This document shows, piece after piece, positions 35,406-42,800 of a stretch of DNA of 60,472 nt. The notes beneath the pieces were generated by a model that saw only the letters and a list, made by a program, of their open reading frames with translations, did no database searches and had not been told where the DNA came from. The position numbers and the translations under genes are program-made. The stretch lies in NCBI GenBank assembly GCA_964449965.1, contig CAYVEO010000007.1:1-60472 (forward strand), read 5' to 3'. Numbering within the stretch: the first letter of the stretch is position 1; the number at the start of each line of letters is the position of its first letter. Source of the stretch: an uncultured Planctomycetia bacterium (GTDB lineage: Bacteria; Omnitrophota; Gorgyraeia; CAYVEO01).

Positions 35406-35807
35406 TTATTCCACCCTCACATGGCCCGTAGTAGAATTTACCCTTATAGTCAGTTTGTCTCCCGCACTGTTTTTCATGGCTATGGCAGAACCTGAAGGCG
35501 GGGTTATAGTATCTGTAGTAGTGCCATCGGGTCTAAATGTTATCGTTCCACCTGTAGTAGTATTACCGTCAAACGAGACTATATCTACTTCAACTTTTTT
35601 TATTTCACCATCTACCCCATAACTATCTGTGGTTGGATAAAAAGCCACCTGCCGGTTAATGTGGCTTATGACAGCCTTCTGCTGCCTTTCCCTCAAATCA
35701 GAAACAATCTCCCATGCATACCTCCTCAACTTTGCATACTCTATGAATCCTCCTGTACTAGGCATGAGGAGTAAAGTCATAGCCCCAAGTATCAATATGA
35801 TAGTCAA
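35406..35807 (-). CDS. GspH/FimT-like minor pseudopilin (start codon problematic)
   Basis: The track ORF starts at TTG. The in-frame upstream codons read NNTSTKNG|FSLIEAL, a perfect prepilin cleavage motif preceded by a TAA stop at 35850-35852 with no ATG/GTG/TTG. The C-terminus LTIRVNSTTGHVRVE is typical of the GspH/FimT family. Confidence 0.65.
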   Translation of the reverse strand: MTIILILGAMTLLLMPSTGGFIEYAKLRRYAWEIVSDLRERQQKAVISHINRQVAFYPTTDSYGVDGEIKKVEVDIVSFDGNTTTGGTITFRPDGTTTDTITPPSGSAIAMKNSAGDKLTIRVNSTTGHVRVE

Positions 35808-35860
35808 AGCCTCTATTAAACTAAAACCATTTTTCGTAGACGTATTATTTTATCCTTCTA

Positions 35861-36529
35861 TTATTTAGTTTTTTCTTCAATATGGTGTTTGATGGTCTTT
35901 CCTTCAACCAGATAAACCACGTCTTCTCCGATATTTGTGGCATGGTCTGCGATACGCTCTAAATGCCTTCCTATAAGTATCAGGTCAACGGCACGGGTAA
36001 TCGTAGAGACATCTCCCATCATGTAGGTTAGAAGTTCCCTGAACACCTGGTCATTGAGATTATCCACCTGGTCATCCCTTGCACACACATCTCTGGCTAA
36101 GTTAGTGTCTTTATTGACAAACGCATCTAAGGAATCTTTTACCATCTTCTGTGCCAGCGTCGCCATCCTTGGTATGTCTATCAATGGTTTCAATTGAGGC
36201 TGTCTCAATAACTCCAACGTCCTCTCTGCAATATTCACTGCCTGGTCACCCATTCTCTCAAGGTCATTGCCAATCTTCATAGCCGAGGTAATAAACCTCA
36301 GGTCTATGGCGATGGGCTGCATTAACGCCAATAACTTAAGACATTGTTCGTCTATCTCTATCTCAAGCATGTTGACTTCATCATCCCGCTTTATAACCTC
36401 TGCTGCCAGATCAGAATTCCTGTCAACCAGCGCCTTTACAGCATGGCTTATAGCCTCTTCTACCAGGCTTGCCATCCTGAGCAACTTTTCCTTCAGCCTA
36501 TTCAACTCCTCATCAAAATGCCTTTCCAT
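35861..36529 (-). CDS. phoU: Phosphate signalling complex protein PhoU
   Basis: 222 aa. Duplicated PhoU repeats (DLERMGDQAVNIAE and HLERIADHATNIGE). Confidence 0.9.
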   Translation of the reverse strand: MERHFDEELNRLKEKLLRMASLVEEAISHAVKALVDRNSDLAAEVIKRDDEVNMLEIEIDEQCLKLLALMQPIAIDLRFITSAMKIGNDLERMGDQAVNIAERTLELLRQPQLKPLIDIPRMATLAQKMVKDSLDAFVNKDTNLARDVCARDDQVDNLNDQVFRELLTYMMGDVSTITRAVDLILIGRHLERIADHATNIGEDVVYLVEGKTIKHHIEEKTK

Positions 36530-36719
36530 GACATCCTCCTTTTTTATAGTATGAACTTACGCCATATTAAATTTTAACACGCAAGGTTATTAAAGTCAAA
36601 AGAAAAATTATAAGAAAAAGATATATGGAAAAGGTTTATAATAACCCAATAGTGGAAGGAGTAAGAAATGTGGAAATGTGATGCCTATCCATCACATCGT
36701 ATCATGGGAGATATGAGAT

Positions 36720-37061
36720 TTATAAAAACTCAACGCGGTTTCTCATATCACTTGGGGTATATACTTCAGTGAGCAGAAGCAATGCCCGAATCATCTCTCC
36801 CTTTTTAAGAATATTTTGCGCATGATATACAATCCCAGGAAACTCAATACCTTCTTTGAGCCATCGTGAAGCTAACACTAAGAAGTGTCGATCTACGGTA
36901 TAGATTATGCGATTTTCTCTTTTTGCAAATTGGAGTATTTCAATATCTTTGAGCCCCTTATGCCCTATCTCGGAAGCAGTAACTACATCAATCCCATGGG
37001 CCCGTAAACCAGCACATATATCCTCATCGGAACATTCATCAAAATAGAATTTAAGAGCCAC
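36720..37061 (-). CDS. DUF5615-family PIN-like protein (putative toxin)
   Basis: 113 aa. The FYFDECS N-terminus and ...IIYTVDRHF pattern fit DUF5615. It lies 3 nt downstream of a DUF433 gene. Confidence 0.6.
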   Translation of the reverse strand: MALKFYFDECSDEDICAGLRAHGIDVVTASEIGHKGLKDIEILQFAKRENRIIYTVDRHFLVLASRWLKEGIEFPGIVYHAQNILKKGEMIRALLLLTEVYTPSDMRNRVEFL

Positions 37062-37064
37062 AAT

Positions 37065-37376
37065 TTATCCAACCTTTTCCAGTAGGATTTTTTTAACCAT
37101 AGAAGGAAATTGGTGGCGTAATTTTGACTCCAATGCTTTTGTCTTACGAATAGAAATATCGATCTCATTTTTGTGGTCGTAATAGTAGACAAGTGCAGCA
37201 TGGACCTGTGCAAGAGAAAGATGCGGGTGCATTGCTATAACATCGTCAGGAGCCATGCCCAGATGTTCAACTTCTTCAGCAATCAGAGCTACGGTCATCC
37301 GAGTTCCTTTGATACAAGGTTCACCGGCAAGTACATTGCGGTCTATAGATATATGCGGATAAGATATCTTAAGCAT
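37065..37376 (-). CDS. DUF433-domain protein (putative antitoxin)
   Basis: ISIDRNVLAGEPCIKGTRMTV matches the DUF433 core. I chose the Met12 start because of the AAAGGGGGGA SD-like sequence 4 nt upstream; the longest ORF extends to 37409. Confidence 0.65.
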   Translation of the reverse strand: MLKISYPHISIDRNVLAGEPCIKGTRMTVALIAEEVEHLGMAPDDVIAMHPHLSLAQVHAALVYYYDHKNEIDISIRKTKALESKLRHQFPSMVKKILLEKVG

Positions 37377-37443
37377 ATATTCCCCCCTTTCACAATATAA
37401 TATTATCATGTGAAGGATCGAAAGTCAAGGCAAAAGAAGGGGT

Positions 37444-38115
37444 TTATGGTCTTGAGGCTAAAACTTCTACTGCCTGTTCTACACCTAACCTGGGGCTGGT
37501 TAAGACTGGGACACGTGTCTTCCCTAAATCCGGCAATAAAGCAACCATACTCCCCTGGGCACATACAACCACATCTACGCTTTTAGTCAACTCTTGAATC
37601 GCAGTTATGACCATGGTATTATGCGTCTTTCTATCCCCGGAAATTAGTTTATCAAATGCACCCTCTACTAACCTCTGGGTTATCTCAATCTTTTTATCTA
37701 ATCTATCTGCAACCTTCTGGATTAGCCTCACTGTTGGACCCAGGGTTGTTTTAAGGGTCGCTATTACTCCTATTTGCTTTCCTGTCTGGCATGCGAATTC
37801 TGCCATCTTTTCATCTACCTTTACTAAAGGAACTCTAACCATCTTTGCAGCCATATCTGCCGCCTCACCCACTGATGAACATTGATTGAAGATTAAATCT
37901 GCCCCGCAAGACTCAGCCTGAATTGCATAGGTGCATATCCTCCTGCAAACTCCAGGGGTAACCCCCCCATTTGCCAGAACCTCTGGTAACAGACTATCGT
38001 CTATGATATTTCGTACTGTGACACGAGGTGCAAGTTCAGCAAATAGTCTATTGAGGTCATCTACTGACACCCGGCTTGTGTGAATAATAAAGACTGTCTT
38101 CTTTTTACTGTCCAT
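37444..38115 (-). CDS. Asp/Glu/hydantoin racemase-family protein
   Basis: 223 aa. Two-Cys architecture (NQCSS and VVCAQGSM) in a two-lobed alpha/beta pattern typical of the family. GGAGGG SD. Confidence 0.65.
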   Translation of the reverse strand: MDSKKKTVFIIHTSRVSVDDLNRLFAELAPRVTVRNIIDDSLLPEVLANGGVTPGVCRRICTYAIQAESCGADLIFNQCSSVGEAADMAAKMVRVPLVKVDEKMAEFACQTGKQIGVIATLKTTLGPTVRLIQKVADRLDKKIEITQRLVEGAFDKLISGDRKTHNTMVITAIQELTKSVDVVVCAQGSMVALLPDLGKTRVPVLTSPRLGVEQAVEVLASRP

Positions 38116-38320
38116 ATCTTATCCCTCCATCTTTTTTTGTAAGACTGCTGTTACCTCCCATAATGTTTTATCATCCCCGACATTACCAGGAAAGACTATA
38201 TAAGGGATCCCTGGCATCCGGCTTCCAGCCCCTAACCTCCATCAGGGACACCGCATGCCGCCTGTCACAAAACAAATGCTTTCTTAACAGACAATCCCTT
38301 CCTTGACAGTTCTATGCTTG

Positions 38321-39373
38321 TTATACATAGACTGCACGTCTCTGTTTGACCACACCTAAAGCCTTTTTCCATGCTTCTTCAAAACTGACCCTGAATAGAA
38401 CAACAGGACCGAAATGCTCATACTCTTCCGGAGTGATGGCGTTAACCAGGTAACCCTTACGGTAGTCTTCCAGCTTTTCCAACAGCTCATCTTCGACAGA
38501 GTAAGGTGTCGGTTGTAAAAACCGCTGCACAACGGGGAGGTCCTGCTGAATAAGCAAGTCGGCTGTCCCGATCCAATTAATAGTTACGCAGCAATCTGCT
38601 CCGACCATCTCGGTAAAATGATGAAGCCCCCGTGCACCGCCTCCGATAAAGCCGACTGAATAATTCTTCTCCTTAACCATCCAGTATATTTTTTTGGCTA
38701 TTGATATACCCGCCTGCCATAGTGCATCGGGTGAAACATCAATCCCGTTCTTCTTAACGAACTTTTGAAGGTATTCATCGTAGATTCCGGTAATATGCGA
38801 GAAATAAATAGGCGCCGGGTCTTTCATGCCTTTTGTAATTTTCTCATAGATCTCACATACATCTAAAGCCTGTTTTACTGCCATTACCTCTGTAGCATTT
38901 ATGGGAATCCTTTCAGCAACCAGAACTTCAATTGCCTCAAGACCTTCCTTCGTTACAGGCACTTTGGCCATTATGTTAGGTCCGGCCTGATGGTTATAGC
39001 GGGCATTTCGTAAGATCGTTTCAGTATCTTCAAAAAACGGATTACCCTGGATGCTGACATAACCGTATTTTCCATTGCTGGTTTCATAAAGAGGCAGGAA
39101 TATCTCGGCGATTTTCGCCACAAGCTCCCTCTGTAATTTTACTACGACTTCATCGTCATTCTTTTCCGTTTTTATAATCCTGTCGAGCTTTTCCATGGTA
39201 TATGACTTTTCTTCCTGATCACTCAACATCTTCCAAGTATAGGAAGGATTCTGGGTGCATCCTACAGCCCCGGCATCAATGGCAATACGAGCTTCCGTCC
39301 TTGAAACATTGTTAATCCAAAAACGCGTCGGGGTCAACGCATGGACCCTGTGAAAATAACCTTTGCTACTCAT
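38321..39373 (-). CDS. Transaldolase-family protein
   Basis: FWINNVSRTEARIAIDAGAVGCTQNPSY and the Schiff-base Lys context MAKVPVTKEG. The start is set at Met14 because a GGAGG SD lies 7 nt upstream; the longest ORF extends to 39412. Confidence 0.62.
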   Translation of the reverse strand: MSSKGYFHRVHALTPTRFWINNVSRTEARIAIDAGAVGCTQNPSYTWKMLSDQEEKSYTMEKLDRIIKTEKNDDEVVVKLQRELVAKIAEIFLPLYETSNGKYGYVSIQGNPFFEDTETILRNARYNHQAGPNIMAKVPVTKEGLEAIEVLVAERIPINATEVMAVKQALDVCEIYEKITKGMKDPAPIYFSHITGIYDEYLQKFVKKNGIDVSPDALWQAGISIAKKIYWMVKEKNYSVGFIGGGARGLHHFTEMVGADCCVTINWIGTADLLIQQDLPVVQRFLQPTPYSVEDELLEKLEDYRKGYLVNAITPEEYEHFGPVVLFRVSFEEAWKKALGVVKQRRAVYV

Positions 39374-40292
39374 AAAAAAACCTCCTTGAAATTTTTTGCA
39401 GAACCGCATCAATCATGCTCATGTCTTGTTGGCTTGCCTGGGGCCATGGATGGACAGTCCGCCGGGAACAGATACCCTGTCCCTCAAGGGCTGCTTTTAT
39501 TGCTCCGCAGGTGGTAGGATAATTAAATATCTGACACAATTCCGCAAGGCAGACGCCTAACTGCCTTGCTATATCTAACTCTCCATGGCGATACTTACGG
39601 TAAAGTTCCACTGCAAGTTGTGGCAAAACATTAGCCGGTGCACACACAACTCCATCGGCTCCAGCCTGGAACAATTGAAAACAAAATGATGAATTGCCAA
39701 ACAGGTACCTGAAGTTGTGCGGGCGGTCAGGGTCACCGGCAACAGATTCCATAGCCGCCAGGTCATTGTTTGTATCCTTGATTCCAACAATATTAGGATG
39801 ACCATAAAGTTTACGCACCGTCTCGGGCCGTAGGCAAATACCTGTCGCCCTCGGCAGATTGTAAATCACGATAGGAATCGGTGATTTATCAGCAATGGTG
39901 GTAAAAAATTCTATAATTGCCTTTTCATTGTCATGCCACCCATAGTAAGGCGTGGTACACACACCTGCCTTTACCCCGTGCCTTGCCATCTCATTCAATC
40001 GCTCCAGCACCAGATGTGTTGAATTGTCACTTGCCCCGACCAATACCGGTATACGGTTTCCTACTATTTCAACTGTCAGTCTAAGCACCTGTTGAACTAC
40101 CCGGTTGTTAAGCATGGGACCCTCACCCACCGAACCCATCACAAAAATCCCATGCACACCAGCAGTTAGTAACCTGGTGAGAATCTTGCCCATTGCCTCT
40201 TCATCAAGGCTTTCATTTTCTGTAAGTGGAGTCACCACAGGCACCACTACACCACCTAACCACTCGTTATTCTGCTGTTCTCTATGGCTCAT
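39366..40292 (-). CDS. Dihydrodipicolinate synthase/N-acetylneuraminate lyase-family aldolase
   Basis: 308 aa. VTPLTE..LDEEA, GIFVMGSVGEGPML and catalytic Lys in IVGIKDT. Confidence 0.85.
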   Translation of the reverse strand: MSHREQQNNEWLGGVVVPVVTPLTENESLDEEAMGKILTRLLTAGVHGIFVMGSVGEGPMLNNRVVQQVLRLTVEIVGNRIPVLVGASDNSTHLVLERLNEMARHGVKAGVCTTPYYGWHDNEKAIIEFFTTIADKSPIPIVIYNLPRATGICLRPETVRKLYGHPNIVGIKDTNNDLAAMESVAGDPDRPHNFRYLFGNSSFCFQLFQAGADGVVCAPANVLPQLAVELYRKYRHGELDIARQLGVCLAELCQIFNYPTTCGAIKAALEGQGICSRRTVHPWPQASQQDMSMIDAVLQKISRRFFYE

Positions 40293-40371
40293 TGGAGTCC
40301 GTCCTCTTTTTTCTTGTTATTTATATCCCATAAAATTCTATCTTAACAGATAGAATGTCATTATTTCAAAA
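40235..40371. repeat. 137-bp direct repeat, copy A (dapA-like 5' end + upstream region + relic of GH38 3' end)
   Basis: Hand alignment with 42664-42800 gives 125/137 identical with no indels. It includes the relic FEIMTFYLLR-stop, against FEIRTFYLLR-stop of the intact GH38 gene. Confidence 0.85.
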
Positions 40372-40382
40372 TGAATCCAACC

Positions 40383-41309
40383 TTATCTTGGAGCTGGCAT
40401 CCCACCGTGTGAGTGTCGCACTCTGCGGCTTCGGTTGAAATAGTCATGCATGGTTATGATACCGAACTCCCTGATGAGGACTGATACCTCAAGTCCTTTC
40501 TTCAGGCTGGTAATGGCACACAGAGCTTCCGGACGCATGTCTTCAATAAGGACATCTCCCTTGTATTTATCCAGCATTTTCCGGAGTCTCTCAAGATTGA
40601 AATCCATATGCACCACCCGTCTGTTAAGGTTCAGGACACAAGTTGTATATGGCATGATATCGCTTGTCTGTGCCACAGTCCTGCCGGTGCAATCTATAAT
40701 TCTATTGTAATCATACCATGTGCCCGCTGCAATGTTAAACCCCCACCGGACTGCCCATATATCCAGAAGTCTTCCACCAGGAAACGCTGATGGAAATAAA
40801 ATAAGTTCCGCTCCTTCTCTAAAATAAATCTCGGCTAATTCTAAGAAATTAATATCAAAGCAGATAACAGCACCTATCTTTCCGAAATCACACTGAAACG
40901 CATGCGGCTTCTTCCCTGGACTAATCCCTGCACGTCCCATCTCAGTTATCACGGGTGTTACCTTGTCATACGTCCACACATGTTGTCCTCTTCGGTTCAG
41001 GAGAACCAGGCTGTTGAAAAAATGACCCTGGTTACGCCGTAATAGACCAAAGGCAATATACGTCCGGTACCTGCAGGCAAGCGCTGAAAGTTCCTCAGTT
41101 ATCGGACCCGGTACATCCTGGGCTGCCTCTGCTACAGCCTTGCACGTCTCTTCCTTCGGGAAGTTTGCAAATAATTCAGAAAGTAAAATTATGTCTGGCC
41201 TGTCCCGGCTGGCATCCTTAATCCGTTCCCTCGCTCTGGAAAGTATAACGTCATTCGTTTCCTTCTGTAAACTCCTGGTGTTGACTACTGAAATCCTGGC
41301 CGTTCTCAT
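40383..41309 (-). CDS. Carbon-nitrogen hydrolase (nitrilase superfamily) protein
   Basis: 308 aa. E-K-C triad contexts LLSELF, YDKV and GAVICFD. Confidence 0.78.
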   Translation of the reverse strand: MRTARISVVNTRSLQKETNDVILSRARERIKDASRDRPDIILLSELFANFPKEETCKAVAEAAQDVPGPITEELSALACRYRTYIAFGLLRRNQGHFFNSLVLLNRRGQHVWTYDKVTPVITEMGRAGISPGKKPHAFQCDFGKIGAVICFDINFLELAEIYFREGAELILFPSAFPGGRLLDIWAVRWGFNIAAGTWYDYNRIIDCTGRTVAQTSDIMPYTTCVLNLNRRVVHMDFNLERLRKMLDKYKGDVLIEDMRPEALCAITSLKKGLEVSVLIREFGIITMHDYFNRSRRVRHSHGGMPAPR

Positions 41310-41369
41310 GATAACCTATTCCTTTCTATTGCAGATATGCATACCATTCTCAGCAGATTGAAACGAGCG

Positions 41370-42524
41370 TCACTTAGGAACATGCCAGTCCTCTGGTCCG
41401 ATTACAACAGGAAGACCTAACCGTACAGATTCCAGCAACTTCAAGGTAATCCGGTTCACAGCTATTGCATCTTCAATATCACAGGGATTGTCGCCTTTGC
41501 CCTCTATGTGGTTCAGAAATCTGTCCAGGTGCTCATAATGTCCCTTGTTCACGTTAAGACATCGTGGTTTATGCCCTTTTGACAAAATCCTGCGACGTTC
41601 CTTGTATATTTCATGAAAATAACCTGTCATGCCTTGTTTTTTTGCCCATGTGCATTCCTTGGCATACGGAAATACCGCAAGATTCGGTTCATCTTCAAGA
41701 CCCACCTGTCTCACTTCTATATGCTGGTCCATCGCAATCGTGATGTTTCGCAACGAGGCTTCAATCAGCTCTTTTGGATAATCAAAATGACCTACCATTG
41801 TATGATAAATCGTCGTGATAGAAGCATCTGCGAAACGCAGCACCATGACGAAGTTCCCCCTGCAAGACCCCTCTGCGAAACAACGGACCGGTCTTGTGCG
41901 ATTAAACCACATCGCCAGGTCAACAAAGTGGACCATCTCTGCAAAGAATATTCCTTCCTGGTCATAAAAAATCCACTCTTTCCAACTACGTATATCGTCA
42001 TTAATCCGCATCAGCAATTGCAGCTGCTGTTCCTCAGGAATGTATTTTCGTTTCCCAGAGTGACTGATTGAAGGTACTGATACCCGGCGAACTACAAAGG
42101 CTTTATCCAGAAGCCGCTTGAACTCCAGAATCGCAGGGCTTGAACGGCGGTTATGTCCTACACAGACAGGGACTTTCGTCTCTCTGCTTGCACGTACAAT
42201 CTCCAGCATCTCCTCCCTTGAAGGTGCAAGAGGCTTTTCTGTGTACACTGCCTTTTTAGCGCGAAGTGCCGGAATGATAATCTCACCCCTAAGGTTGTGA
42301 TGCGTTGCAAGGACAATTATGTCCACATCCTTTGATTCAACCACCTTTCGCCAGTCTGTTTCTGCACGCTGTGCATGGAACCTCCTTGCACACTCTGCAG
42401 CGACAGTACCATTAATATCACAGGTACAGACAAGGTCTATCCTGGGGTTATTCTGTACGTTTGGAAGATGAATGCTCTGAGCCATAGCCCCGCACCCGAT
42501 AACTGCGAGACGGTGTTTTCTCAT
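41370..42524 (-). CDS. Gfo/Idh/MocA-family oxidoreductase
   Basis: 384 aa. N-terminal Rossmann LAVIGCGAMAQSIHLPN and the EKPL motif. Confidence 0.85.
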   Translation of the reverse strand: MRKHRLAVIGCGAMAQSIHLPNVQNNPRIDLVCTCDINGTVAAECARRFHAQRAETDWRKVVESKDVDIIVLATHHNLRGEIIIPALRAKKAVYTEKPLAPSREEMLEIVRASRETKVPVCVGHNRRSSPAILEFKRLLDKAFVVRRVSVPSISHSGKRKYIPEEQQLQLLMRINDDIRSWKEWIFYDQEGIFFAEMVHFVDLAMWFNRTRPVRCFAEGSCRGNFVMVLRFADASITTIYHTMVGHFDYPKELIEASLRNITIAMDQHIEVRQVGLEDEPNLAVFPYAKECTWAKKQGMTGYFHEIYKERRRILSKGHKPRCLNVNKGHYEHLDRFLNHIEGKGDNPCDIEDAIAVNRITLKLLESVRLGLPVVIGPEDWHVPK

Positions 42525-42663
42525 TTTTCCATTCTACTCCTATCAGTATTTATAACTATCTTTTTTGAATGAGTCTGTTTGACTCTAACAATAATCTGAC
42601 TCACCTCTGTTTCATTTCGCTTGTCTGCATGGGTCCAGGGAGACATGCTAAGTTTGTTACAAT

Positions 42664-42721
42664 CCACAGGCACCACCACACCACCTAACCACTCGTTATT
42701 CTGCTGTTCTCTATGGCTCAT
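42664..42721 (-). pseudogene. 5' remnant of the dapA-like gene (first 19 codons), read through into unrelated sequence as the 66-aa track ORF 42521-42721
   Basis: MSHREQQNNEWLGGVVVPV is identical to the N-terminus of the 39366-40292 product, after which similarity ends. Confidence 0.75.
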
Positions 42722-42800
42722 CGGAGTCCGTCCTATTTTCTCTTGTTATTTGTATCTCAGAAGGTTTCATCTTAACAGATAGAATGTCCTTATTTCAAAA
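42664..42800. repeat. 137-bp direct repeat, copy B (true GH38 3' end + intergenic + dapA-like 5' fragment)
   Basis: See copy A. Confidence 0.85.

Noticed and set aside
36668-36772. A 34-aa + strand ORF (MWKCDAYPSHRIMGDMRFIKTQRGFSYHLGYILQ) preceded by a strong GGAAGGAG SD in the phoU upstream gap.
   Set aside because: It runs convergently into and overlaps the 3' end of the DUF5615 gene, has no recognisable family, and sits in an AT-rich promoter-like region. The SD-like match alone is insufficient. Worth a glance only if Ribo-seq data exist.
38283-38300. TTCTTAACAGACAATCC in the 205-bp gap resembles TCTTAACAGATAGAATGTC from the 137-bp repeats and might be a shared operator.
   Set aside because: Only about 10 nt are shared and the sequence is not palindromic. 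In the repeats, this sequence is the coding 3' end of the GH38 gene. The similarity is most likely chance.
38116-38320. Whether the 205-bp gap holds a riboswitch, tRNA or other ncRNA.
   Set aside because: I recognised no cloverleaf and no conserved riboswitch core such as TPP, cobalamin or glycine motifs. Only weak CCAGG/CCTGG pairing is visible. A covariance-model scan would be needed to exclude an ncRNA.
42521-42721. The 66-aa ORF as a genuine gene.
   Set aside because: Only its first 19 codons have meaning, being an exact copy of the dapA-like N-terminus inside the 137-bp direct repeat. The rest is read-through into the upstream region of the oxidoreductase gene. I treat it as a remnant.
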